From positions 62,916 to 126,915 of the forward strand of contig CAWJJT010000009.1 of the NCBI GenBank assembly GCA_963843225.1: DNA of 64,000 nucleotides. Reading direction: 5' to 3'. Origin of the DNA: an uncultured Alphaproteobacteria bacterium (GTDB lineage Bacteria; Pseudomonadota; Alphaproteobacteria; Rhizobiales; Xanthobacteraceae). Position 1 is the first letter of the stretch; each line of letters starts with the position of its first letter. Below the pieces are notes generated by a model. That model saw only the letters and a program-made list of their open reading frames with translations. It searched no databases and was not told the origin of the DNA. Made by a program: the position numbers and the translations under genes. Shown here piece by piece: positions 30,103-40,168 of this stretch.

Positions 30103-31503
30103 ATGAGCATAAGGCCAGACCCGACGTTTCATGCATCGCCGAAGCTCGCCATGGAAGCTCCGGTCGAGAATTTTGCCTACACCTTGCTGCTTAGCCCCGA
30201 CTTCTCGAAACCCGACGCGCTCGCGGTGATCGATGTAAGGCCCGGCTCACCGACGTTCAGCCAGATCGTCCACACGGTGACGATGCCCAACAAGGGTGAC
30301 GAGTTTCATCACTTCGGCTGGAACGCCTGCTCGTCCGCGCTGTGGCCGCTCGCCGGCCACGCTTTCGTCGAGCGGCGTTACCTCATCATTCCCGGAATCC
30401 GCTCATCCCGGATTTATGTCGTGGATACCAGGCCTGACCCGACCAAGGCCACGATTCACAAGATCATCGAACCGCAGGAGATCTTCGCGAAGACCGGCTA
30501 CTCGCGGCCGCATACCGTGCATTGCGGGCCGGAAGGCATCTACGTCAGCACGCTCGGTGGCGGCGGCAAGGACGGCACTGACGGACCGCCCGGCGTCTTC
30601 ATCATGGACTGCGAGACCTTCGAGGTCATGGGGCGGTGGGAGATCGATCGGGGTCCCCAGACCCTTCACTATGACTTCTGGTGGAATCTGCCGCGCGACT
30701 ACATGGTGTCGAGCGAGTGGGCGTTGCCGCCGCAATTCGAGAACGGGATCGTGCCGGAGGACCTGCTCTCGAACAAATATGGCCACCGGATTCACTTCTG
30801 GGATCTCCGTGCCCGGCGAAATGTTCAGACCATCGATCTCGGCGCCAACCACCAGATGGCGCTGGAAGTGCGGCCGGCTCACGATCCCGTTCGCGAGTAC
30901 GGCTTCCTCGGCGTCGTGGTTGACACCACCAACCTCGAAGGCTCGATCTGGACCTGGTGGCGCGAGGGCGGCAAGTTTCACATCGAGAAGACGGCGACGA
31001 TCCCGCCCGAGCCCGCGCCCAAGGATCAGTTGCCGCCGCTGCTGCAGGGCTTTGGAGCGGTGCCGCCGCTGGTGACCGACATCGACCTGTCGATGGATGA
31101 CAGGTTTCTATATGTGGCCTGCTGGGGCACCGGCGAGATGCGCCAGTACGACGTCACCGAGCCCCGGAAGCCGAAGCTTGCCGGATCGGTCCGCATCGGC
31201 GGCATTGTCAACCGCGCGCCTCACCCGAACGGCAAGCCCTATGCGGGCGGACCGCAGATGGTGGAGATCAGCCGTGACGGCAAGCGCGTGTACTGGACCA
31301 ACTCGCTCTACTCGACATGGGATGATCAGTTTTACCCGCAGGGAATCCCGGGCGCCGAGGTGATGGCCAATGCCAGCCCGGGCGGTGGTCTCGAACTGGC
31401 GAGGGACTACTGGGTGAACTTCCCCGATGGATACCGCGCGCACCAGATCCGGCTCGACGGCGGCGACTGTTCGACGGATTCGTTCTGCTATCCGTCGGTC
31501 TGA
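30103..31503 (+). CDS. Selenium-binding protein SBP56 family (methanethiol oxidase-like)
   Basis: GDEFHHFGWNACSS, RYLIIPG, PHTVHC, YDFWW, GGPQMVEISRDGKRVYWTNSLYSTWDDQFYP, GGDCSTD. Confidence 0.93.
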   Translation: MSIRPDPTFHASPKLAMEAPVENFAYTLLLSPDFSKPDALAVIDVRPGSPTFSQIVHTVTMPNKGDEFHHFGWNACSSALWPLAGHAFVERRYLIIPGIRSSRIYVVDTRPDPTKATIHKIIEPQEIFAKTGYSRPHTVHCGPEGIYVSTLGGGGKDGTDGPPGVFIMDCETFEVMGRWEIDRGPQTLHYDFWWNLPRDYMVSSEWALPPQFENGIVPEDLLSNKYGHRIHFWDLRARRNVQTIDLGANHQMALEVRPAHDPVREYGFLGVVVDTTNLEGSIWTWWREGGKFHIEKTATIPPEPAPKDQLPPLLQGFGAVPPLVTDIDLSMDDRFLYVACWGTGEMRQYDVTEPRKPKLAGSVRIGGIVNRAPHPNGKPYAGGPQMVEISRDGKRVYWTNSLYSTWDDQFYPQGIPGAEVMANASPGGGLELARDYWVNFPDGYRAHQIRLDGGDCSTDSFCYPSV

Positions 31504-31505
31504 AT

Positions 31506-32175
31506 TTGAGCGTGGCGGATTGGACACCTGCCTGGCTCTGGCTGGCTGTCATCGCGAGCGGCCTCTATCACGGACTGAACCCGGGGATGGGGTGGCCGCT
31601 CGCCGTTTCGGCCGGCTTGATGGAAAAGAGTCCGCGGGCCCTGGTGGCCGCGCTTGGGCCGCTGGCGGCAGGCCATCTGCTCGCGATGTTGCTGGTGATG
31701 CTTCCGTTCGCGCTGCTGGTCGCTGTCGTCGGATGGCAGCGTCAGATCCAGATTGCCGCTGGTCTCCTTGTCATCGGGTTCGGTATCTTTCGGCTGGTCG
31801 ACCGGCGCCATCCGCGGGCGCTGGTGCGGATACGTCCGACGCAACTGGCGCTTTGGTCCTTCGCGGTCGCCATCGCGCATGGCGCGGGATTGATGCTGGT
31901 GCCGATCTACCTCGGGCTCTGCCGGCAGGCCAATTCCGATAGAGGTCATGAGGCCGCCGGCGCCCTCATGCACGCCAATCTCGGCATGGCCGTGCTGGTC
32001 TCCTTCGTCCATGCCGCCGCCATGATCGCGGCCGGCGGATGTTCGGCGTGGCTGGTGTATCGCTATCTCGGTCTCAAATTCATATCGCGGAGCTGGTTCA
32101 ATCTGGAAACGATCGTGGGCCGTCAGCCTCATTCTGGTCGGCGCCATTGCACTGGTGTTCGGCCTTGCGAACTAG
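31506..32175 (+). CDS. Integral membrane protein with conserved His motifs (frameshift near 32115)
   Basis: YHGLNPGMGWPLAV, AGH, AHGAGLMLVP, VH; about 6 TM segments; 2 nt after SBP56 stop. Confidence 0.75.
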
Positions 32176-32290
32176 CGCGGAAGCGGTTGCCTGCCTATTG
32201 CGGAAGGCATGTGGCGCTGGAGATTTCGTGTGCTAGCGTGACGTTGGAGCGGATGTTGGTCTGCCCGCCGCGGCTACGGAGCTGACTTGA

Positions 32291-33280
32291 ATGGCCTTGC
32301 ATACCCGACTGACGGAACTTCTCGACATCGAGCATCCGATCATCTCGGCCCCCATGGCATTTGCCGCCGGTGGCAAGCTGGCCGCCGCGGTGACGTCGGC
32401 CGGCGGCCTCGGCCTGATCGGCGGCGGATATGGCGATGCCGATTGGCTCAAGCGCGAGTTCGCCGAAGCGGGGAACGCGAAGGTCGGCTGCGGCTTCATC
32501 ACCTGGTCGCTCGCAAAGCGCCCCGAACTGCTTGATCTCGTTCTGGCGCGGGCGCCCGCCGCCGTGATGCTGTCATTCGGTTCGCCGCTTCCCTTCGGTA
32601 AACAGATCAAGGCCGCAGGCACGAAGTTGATCTGTCAGGTACAAAGTGCCGAGCATGCCCGCGCGGCCGTCGACGCCGGCGCCGACATCATCGTGGCCCA
32701 GGGAGCGGAAGCCGGCGGGCACGGCATGGTGCGTGCGACCTTCACCCTGGTGCCGGAGATCGCCGACTATCTGGCAAAATCTGCGCCTGCGACCGTGCTG
32801 GTCGCCGCCGGTGGTGTCGCGGACGGGCGAGGGCTGGCGGCAGCGCTGATGCTCGGAGCCGAAGGCGTGCTGATCGGTTCGCGATTCTGGGCGAGTTCGG
32901 AGGCGCTTGTTCATGGCGCCATGCAGGACGCCGCCGTTCGTGCCGGTGGTGATGCAACCATTCGGACGACCGTCGTCGACATCGTTCGCAAGATCGACTG
33001 GCCCAAACCGTTCACGGCGCGCGTCATGAACACGGATTTCGTCAGCGATTGGCATGGGCGCGAAATCGAGCTGGATGAACCCCGATTGCTTGAGCGGGAG
33101 ATGACCCGATATGTGTCCGCCATGCAGAGTGGCGACCCCGCCAATACCGGCGTCTGGGTTGGCGAAGCCGCAGGGCTGATCCACGATGTGCGCCCCGCGG
33201 CCGACTTGTTACGCAGCATCGCAGGCGAGGCCGAGCGCTTGCTGGGCACGGCCGCGCCGAGCTTTGTCGGTGTACCCTGA
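32291..33280 (+). CDS. Nitronate monooxygenase (2-nitropropane dioxygenase) family flavoprotein
   Basis: HPIISAPM, AGGLGLIG, VAQGAEAGGHG, AAGGVADGRGLAAALMLGAEGVLIGSRF. Confidence 0.92.
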   Translation: MALHTRLTELLDIEHPIISAPMAFAAGGKLAAAVTSAGGLGLIGGGYGDADWLKREFAEAGNAKVGCGFITWSLAKRPELLDLVLARAPAAVMLSFGSPLPFGKQIKAAGTKLICQVQSAEHARAAVDAGADIIVAQGAEAGGHGMVRATFTLVPEIADYLAKSAPATVLVAAGGVADGRGLAAALMLGAEGVLIGSRFWASSEALVHGAMQDAAVRAGGDATIRTTVVDIVRKIDWPKPFTARVMNTDFVSDWHGREIELDEPRLLEREMTRYVSAMQSGDPANTGVWVGEAAGLIHDVRPAADLLRSIAGEAERLLGTAAPSFVGVP

Positions 33281-33318
33281 AATTGCTTCGGGCGGTGCGG
33301 CCCAGCGCGTGCCCCGCG

Positions 33319-33591
33319 TCACCGGGATTGGTGGCGGTGACCATGGTGCCGCGGCGGCAACGCCGGCGCAACGCCTTCCGGTCCCGCGTAGGGACCGCTT
33401 GCCGGACGGCCACCGGCAGCGCCGAAGGGCTGTATCAGGCCCTGTCTGGCCGCGGGAGTGAGCGCGCCGCCGTTCAAGATATCCCGGTCCGGATATTGCG
33501 CCTGAAACGCGTCCGGGTCGTCGGCAAAGGCAGCCGTGGCCGAGATCGCAGATAGCAGCGCCGCCGCGGCGATTATCTTGAGTCCGGTCAT
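33319..33591 (-). CDS. Small secreted hypothetical protein
   Basis: GGAGGA RBS; signal peptide MTGLKIIAAAALLSAISATAAFA; QAQYPDRDILNGG; 3' end uncertain. Confidence 0.6.
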   Translation of the reverse strand: MTGLKIIAAAALLSAISATAAFADDPDAFQAQYPDRDILNGGALTPAARQGLIQPFGAAGGRPASGPYAGPEGVAPALPPRHHGHRHQSR

Positions 33592-33876
33592 AATGATCCT
33601 CCATCACCATTTTTCGTGAAAAGAATGTGCGCTGGCGAGTGCTGTCCCCGGGCCGCGCGCCCCCGGACTCTTACAAACCCCGATGTAGGCGCTGCCTGCG
33701 AAAAAAACGCGCGACAATCGGATCACGATTCCGAGAAGGCACGAAATGATTTCCGGAAGGCGTGCCTCGCACAACATCTCCTTGCGCGAGGCTGGCGAAA
33801 GTGAGACGCTCTACAACCTTAAATATTATTTCGAAATGAAGGCTTTAGACGTTTTCCGGCAATCGGGAGATCGGCG

Positions 33877-34773
33877 ATGGACCAGGACAATTTCGTACAG
33901 GAAGAAGCCCGGAATAAAATCGATCAGGATATCAACGAGCGCATTCGGGTTCACCAGGCCAACATCGCAAGGTTGGCCTCGGCGCGACAAAGCGCCCGAA
34001 CGCTCGGGGCCGCGATCAAGAATCGGCCCCTGGTGATGCTGGCGCAAGGCGATTCCTGGTTCGATTATCCCTTGACCGGAAACGGATTGCCACTTGTGGA
34101 CACCGATGTGATTGCGCAACTGCGCCGCATCGGCGCCATGCCGCCCACGATCCTCAATCTCGCCCATCATGGCGAGGCGGCCGTCGACGAGATGTCCTTG
34201 CCCAAGCAGGAGCGCATGATCAGCGTTCTGCGCGATCCCTCGAACTGGATCGACGGCAAGCCCGATGCCATCCTGTTCTCGGCCGGCGGAAACGATATTG
34301 CCGGTGACCAGTTTTGTATTTTCCTGGACTTCAACGACGGACATTCGCCGGGGCTCAATCAGGACCGCTTCAGCAAGGCGCTTGGCTCGATCGAGGCCTG
34401 CTATCTGGAATTGTTCACCTTGCGCGACCGTATCGCTCCGGACGTCCCGATCTTCGGCCATTGCTATGATTTTCCGATTCCCAACGGCGCGCATCCCGCC
34501 TGCGCCGGACCGTGGCTGAAGCCGTCGCTCGACTTCTGCAACTGGCCGGTCACCAACGGCCGGCAGATCGTTCATGACGCGCTGGCGGCCTTTCGCGCGA
34601 TGCTGGTGCGTCTCGCCGGTGATGCCGGCAACAAATTTCACTTGGTGGATACCCAGGGCGTTCTGGCGGATGCCGAGTGGGCCAATGAGCTCCATCCTCA
34701 GCCCGGGGGCTTTACGAAAATCGCCCAGAAGTTCGCGGACGCGCTCTCGGCCAATTTCGCCGCGCAGGGTTAG
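33877..34773 (+). CDS. SGNH/GDSL hydrolase-like protein
   Basis: Block I GDSW, block III GGND, block V ELHP; GGGAG RBS. Confidence 0.75.
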   Translation: MDQDNFVQEEARNKIDQDINERIRVHQANIARLASARQSARTLGAAIKNRPLVMLAQGDSWFDYPLTGNGLPLVDTDVIAQLRRIGAMPPTILNLAHHGEAAVDEMSLPKQERMISVLRDPSNWIDGKPDAILFSAGGNDIAGDQFCIFLDFNDGHSPGLNQDRFSKALGSIEACYLELFTLRDRIAPDVPIFGHCYDFPIPNGAHPACAGPWLKPSLDFCNWPVTNGRQIVHDALAAFRAMLVRLAGDAGNKFHLVDTQGVLADAEWANELHPQPGGFTKIAQKFADALSANFAAQG

Positions 34774-34914
34774 CCCTCGATCGTTCCGCCGACCGGATTT
34801 CACGCCTCGCCCCGGATCTGCCCGAACCCGACGGGCAAATCAGTCGAATCCCTGTCCAGCCCCTTTCGAAAAAATATTTTCGTTCACATCCGATGCAAAT
34901 CACCTTCATGTCCC

Positions 34915-35345
34915 CGCCCGTCCGGTCCCGAAAGAGGGGCGTTGGCCATCGTCACGAACGTTGGGATCGGATGCGGTGGACGCGGTTGCATCAGGCGCGC
35001 GAGAGCGTGCGGACGAATGATGCGGGCGCGGACGGCGAAGTCGTGTGGTCCTGACGCCCCGGTGCTGGCGTCAAGTTCGCGGGAAGCGATTCCCGCAGGC
35101 GACGGTGGCAAGAAAGCCGGTCACCGGGGAGAGCACGAAGGAAACCGTTAAAACCATTGCGCAGGGAAGGCCGGACTGCTTCCGCTGAACCTGTATGCTC
35201 GTGTGCGGACTTCCTTGTGCCTATTGCACACGAGACCGCGGGTGCAGCGCGCACCCGGCTTTCCCTGCGCCCTCTTGTTTTGGAGGGACAATGTTCATGC
35301 ATAGCCCGGGCGCATCGCGCCGCGAGAACGCGGACGCTTGTCTTG
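34915..35345 (+). repeat. Large structured non-coding element (candidate ncRNA or multicopy intergenic repeat); boundaries approximate
   Basis: Nested stems including 35159-35174 with 35255-35270 (16 bp, one G-U), GNRA-capped hairpins at 34995-35010 and 35079-35096; no credible ORF; lies between convergent genes. Confidence 0.65.
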
Positions 35346-35366
35346 TCGCGCCTGCACGTCAGCCCG

Positions 35367-36713
35367 CTACTGCGCCGTCTGCTTGCGCAGCTCCGCCACA
35401 TCCTGAGGCGTGAGCCGCGATCCCCTGGTTCCGAAACGCGCGGTGACGTAGTTGGCGACGGCGGCGATCTCGACATCGGAATAGGCGTTGCCGAAGGCGG
35501 GCATCGAGAGCGCGCCGTCGGTATGGCGGCTGGTGCCCGAGATCACGATCTGGGCGACGTTGGTGCCGGCGGGATCGTTGACCGCCCACGCGCCGGTCAG
35601 CGTAGCGAAGGGCGAGATCGAACTTTCGCCGGTCCAGCCGTGGCAACTGACGCAGGCGCCTTCGAACACCAGCTTGCCGCGCGGATCCAGCACGCCGTGT
35701 CCCGCCTTGGGCGATGCCGGCGCCGGCGGCGCCAGCGTCGCCGGCAGATCGGCCGACGCAATAGCAGGCACGCTGCGCAGATAGGCCACCATGGCGCGGA
35801 TGTCCTCGGGCGCGAACTGGCTGAAGCTGCGATCCACGGCCTCGCCCATCGGCCCCGACGCGGAGCCGTGACCGGTGGCGTGTCCGGTCGAGAGGTAGGC
35901 GATCAGATCCTCATCTTTCCAGCCGCCGATGCCGGTGGTCTTGTCCGAGGTGATGTTGAAGGCGCGCCAGCCTGCCGTCAGCGCGCCGGCAAATTTCTTT
36001 CGATTGTCCAGCCCGAGCGCCAGGCTGCGCGGCGTGTGGCATTCGCCGCAATGCGCCAGCGCCTCCGCAAGATAAGCGCCGCGGTTCCACTCCGGCGTCT
36101 TCGAGGTATCCGGCTGAAAGCGCGTGTCCGGATTGAACAGCGCCGACCAGAAGCCCATCGCCCAGCGCTGGTTGAACGGAAACGCCAGCGTATTGGTGGG
36201 CGCCACCGCGTGCACCGGCGGCAGGCTGAACAGATAGGCCTTGATCGCCAGCGCGTCCGCATCGGTGATGTAGGTGTAGGAGGTGTAGGGCATGGCCGGA
36301 TAGAGCCGCGCGCCGTCACGGCGCACGCCGCGATGCATCGCGTTGAGGAAATCCTGGTCGCTGTAATTGCCGATGCCGGTTTCCCTGTCGGGCGTGATGT
36401 TGGTCGAGTACAGCATGCCGAACGGCAGGCTGAAGCCGAGGCCGCCGGCATACTCCTTGCCGCCCTGCGAGGTGTGGCAGACCATGCAGTCCGCCGCCTT
36501 CGCCAGATAGGCGCCGCGCTCGATCGGGCTCGCCTTGGCGAGCGCCGCCGGGACGCCGGTCGGATCGCCGGCCTTGTAATCCGCCAGCGCGACCTTCGGA
36601 CCGTCGGCGAACGCCATCGGGCCCGGGCCGCGGATGAACCAGACCCCGACCACGAGCGCCACCACCGCGATCGCGATGGCGCTGAGGAAAATGCGGCGCG
36701 CGGCCGGGCTCAT
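35367..36713 (-). CDS. Tri-heme cytochrome c subunit (gluconate/aldehyde dehydrogenase type)
   Basis: Three CxxCH motifs (CMVCH, CGECH, CVSCH), NITPD, LYPAMPY, N-terminal TM anchor; ATG overlaps upstream stop. Confidence 0.92.
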   Translation of the reverse strand: MSPAARRIFLSAIAIAVVALVVGVWFIRGPGPMAFADGPKVALADYKAGDPTGVPAALAKASPIERGAYLAKAADCMVCHTSQGGKEYAGGLGFSLPFGMLYSTNITPDRETGIGNYSDQDFLNAMHRGVRRDGARLYPAMPYTSYTYITDADALAIKAYLFSLPPVHAVAPTNTLAFPFNQRWAMGFWSALFNPDTRFQPDTSKTPEWNRGAYLAEALAHCGECHTPRSLALGLDNRKKFAGALTAGWRAFNITSDKTTGIGGWKDEDLIAYLSTGHATGHGSASGPMGEAVDRSFSQFAPEDIRAMVAYLRSVPAIASADLPATLAPPAPASPKAGHGVLDPRGKLVFEGACVSCHGWTGESSISPFATLTGAWAVNDPAGTNVAQIVISGTSRHTDGALSMPAFGNAYSDVEIAAVANYVTARFGTRGSRLTPQDVAELRKQTAQ

Positions 36714-38887
36714 GACTTTTTCCCCGCTATCAGGGACCGGTCGATCGGAAGCCGCCGCAGCGCGACGCCGGTCGCGGCGATAGATCGCGTTGCGCAGCGC
36801 CGGCGGTCCGGCCGTCGAGCCGGCTTCGCCGATGCCGCCGGGCGCCTCGCCGCTCTTGATGACGTGAACCTCGATGTTCGGTACCTGATCCATGCGCAGC
36901 ATGCGGTAATCATGGAAGTTGGACTGCTGAACCCGGCCCTTGTCGATGGTGATCTCGCCATAGAGCGCTGCGGTCAGGCTGAAGACCAATCCGCCCTGAA
37001 TCTGGGCCATGACGGTATCGGGATTGACCGCGATGCCGGTATCGACCGCCGAGGTGACGCGCCGCAGATGGACTTCACCGTGTTCGTCGACCTCCGCTTC
37101 CACCACGGTTGCGATGAAGCTGGCAAACGACGGCTGCACGCAGACGCCACGCCCGGTGCGCGGCGGCAGCGGCTTGCCCCAGTCGGATTTTTCCGCCACC
37201 AGATCGAGCGCCGCCAGAAACCGCGGCTGCTTGCCGAGCATCGCGCGGCGGAACTCGATCGGATCCTTGCCGGCCTTGCGCGCCAGTTCGTCCATGAAGC
37301 ATTCGATCGCAAACACGTTGTTGTTGGGACCGACCCCGCGCCAGAATCCGGTCGTCACCGCCGGCGGTTCGGCCTGGACATATTCGACCTGGATATTGGG
37401 AATGTCGTAGGGGATGTCGATCGCGCTATCGACGGCGTCGATGTCGACGCCCTTCTGGAAGCCCGGCGGAAACCAGCGCGCCATGATCGACGAGCCGCTG
37501 ACCTTGTATTTCCAGCCGACGATCTTGCCGTCGGACAGGGTCGCGGCAATGGTGTCGCGATAGACCGGGCGGACGATGTCGTGCTGGATGTCTTCCTCGC
37601 GGGTCCATACCACCTTCACCGGACCGTCGACCTGCTTGGCGATGCGAACGGCCGCGACCACCATGTCGGCTTCGAGCTTGCGTCCGAAACCGCCGCCGAG
37701 CAGATGGTTGTTGACGATCACCTTCTCGACCGGCAGCCCGGCCGCCTTCGCCGCCTCCGACTGCACCCGGGTCATGACCTGCGTGCCGATCCAGATTTCG
37801 CAGGAGTCGGGCTGTGCAATGAACCGTGGCGTTGATCGGCTCCATGGTCGCGTGCGCCAGAAACGGCAGCTTCGTAGGCCGCGTCCATCCGCTCGCCGGT
37901 GGCAAGGCCCTTGGCGATGTCGCCCTCGGATCGCGCAATCGCGCCGTCCTTTTCGCTGGCGGCGCGCAGTTCCCGCCAGATGTCGTTCGAACTGACGCGC
38001 GCGTTGGGGCCTTCGTTCCATTCGATCACAAGCGCATCGAGGCCCTTCTTGGCCGCCCACATGTGATCGCCGACCACCGCGACCAGATCGTCGAGCACGA
38101 CGATCTTCTGCACGCCCGGCACTTTCCTGGCGGCGCTGTCGTCGACCTTGGCGACCTTGCCGCCCAACACCGGACACTGCTTGAGGGTGGCAAATTTCAT
38201 GTTGGGCAGCATGGCGTCGATGCCGTAGACGGCCTTGCCGTTGACCTTGTCAGGGGTGTCGAGCCGCTTCAGCGGCTTGCCGATCAGGATGAAATCCTTC
38301 GGGTCCTTGAGCGGGACGTCCTTTGGCGGCGTCTGGCTGATGGCCGAAAGCGCCAGCGCACCATAGGAAAGCTGGCGCCCACTCGCTTTGTGCGTGACCT
38401 CGCCATTCGCCGTCGTGCAGCTCGCGGGCTCGACCTGCCATTGCGCTGCCGCGGCCTGCACCAGCATGGCGCGCGCGCTGGCGCCGGCGGTACGCAACGG
38501 CTTCCACCACGCCCGAATCGAATTGGAGTTGCCGGTGGCCTGAATGCCGAAAAGCGGATTGCCGTAAAGCTTGTCGCTCGGCGGCGCATGCTCGAGCGTC
38601 ACCCGCGCGAGATCGGCGTCGAGCTCTTCCGCCAGCATCATCGGCAACGCGGTGTAGACGCCCTGGCCCATCTCGACTTGCGGCATCACCAGGGTGATGC
38701 CGCCGGACTCGTCGATGCGGATGAAGGCGTTTGGTGCGAACTTTCCGTCGGTCGAATCCGGCGGCTGCACCGGTTCGTTGACCGCGCGAACCGGCATATG
38801 GAACGCCAGCAGAAATCCGCCGGCCAAACCGCCGGTCAACAATGCGCGACGCGAAACGCCGCTGGCGATCTTTTCTGCAATTGCCAT
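36710..38887 (-). CDS. Xanthine dehydrogenase-family molybdopterin subunit (IorB-like; frameshifts near 37870, 37820, 36780)
   Basis: Tat-like SRRALL, EMGQG, AEELD, TGNSNS, HATMEP, LGGGFGRK, WTREED, GGIGE. Confidence 0.9.
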
Positions 38888-38896
38888 GACAAGCTC

Positions 38897-39362
38897 CTAC
38901 GACTGGCGTCCGGACGCGGCCTGCTTGATGGCCGCGCGAATGCGCACGTAAGTGCCGCAGCGGCAGATATTTCCGGCCATCGCGGCGTCGATGTCGGCAT
39001 CATCGGGATTGGGCGTATTCGCGAGCAGGGCTGCCGCCGACATGATCTGTCCCGACTGGCAATATCCGCACTGGATCACCTCGAGATCGAGCCAGGCCTT
39101 CTGGATCTTGGCGCCGGCCGGCGAAGCGCCGATGCCTTCGATGGTGGTGACGGCGCGACCCCGCGCGGTGCTCACCGGCAGCAGGCAGGAACGCACCGGC
39201 TTGCCGTCGAGGTGCACCGTGCAGGCGCCGCATTGCGCGATGCCGCAACCGAATTTCGTTCCGGTCATGCCGAGCACGTCGCGCAGCACCCAGAGCAGCG
39301 GCATGTCGTCCGGAGCGTCGAACGATTTCGTGTTCGCCGTTGATCGTCAGCGTGGTCGCCAT
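38897..39362 (-). CDS. (2Fe-2S)-binding subunit (IorA-like; frameshift near 39325)
   Basis: [36 protein letters not shown]. Confidence 0.93.
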
Positions 39363-39503
39363 CGAAGCCTCCCGTCCGGCAGTCGCCCCACAGCGCCGAT
39401 CGCGCACGCTCGCACGATCAGTCGTCGCTATTGTGGACGGTTATCAGCGTGGCATTCGGCGAGTTTGGGCGTCTTTCCACATCGCACGATGCGCGGAAGC
39501 CGG

Positions 39504-40077
39504 TCAGGACGGCGCAGCAACCATCTGGGCGCGGCGGCGGCGCACGCCGATGGTGCGCATGGTGGCATAGCCGATCAGGAACAGGACGGCCTTGCTGACG
39601 ATCGCGTAGATCGACATGAACGCCGACCATGTCACCACGCTGAAGTTGAGGGCCACGATCAGGTTCAAGGCCGCGGAGAAGAACATCAGGCCCGCCCAGA
39701 CGTAGCCGAAGATGACGGCGATATCCGGCACTATCTCGATGGCGACCGGCGGCAGATAGCGGTTCATCCAGCCCGGCTTCAGCATCACGATGCCGACGAT
39801 GAGGTAGATCACGCTCGGTTTGATCATCACGAAGCGCGGATCGTTGGTGAGCAGCGTGGCGGTGCCGGAGCCCAGCACCAGGAAAAGGCTCATCCACTGC
39901 ATGGTGTCGATCGGCTGCTTGCGCGCGAATTGCCAGCCGATCTGGGCGACGCCCAGCGCCATGCCGAGCACCACCGACAGGGTGATGTTGTGCGTCGAGC
40001 AGAAAAAGCACCAGAAAGAAGAACGTCGACGCCATGTCGAGCAGCAGCAGCTTTCCGGCTTCGAACAGGTTCTTCAT
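39504..40077 (-). CDS. YciB/IspZ-like inner-membrane protein (frameshift near 39995)
   Basis: TLLTNDPRFVMIKPSVIY, WAGLMFFSAALN; several TM segments. Confidence 0.75.
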
Positions 40078-40168
40078 GGGGCCCCGATCTCCTCGCGAGT
40101 TCGCCTCTGTTACACCAGCGACCGCGCTTTCGGCGAGGCGCTTCTGCCGGCGCGCGGCGTCCGCCGGC

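Noticed and set aside
33700-33735. GGAAT...CGTT on the minus strand as an EcfG promoter for the small secreted protein
   Set aside because: The -35 is mismatched (GGAAT versus GGAAC) and the spacer is 18 nt
35367-38177. Apparent 936-aa molybdopterin-cytochrome c fusion
   Set aside because: The natural IorB C-terminus (LRRLPID...KKS*) lies in another frame ending at 36710, and the cytochrome has its own ATG and TM anchor; an indel artefact
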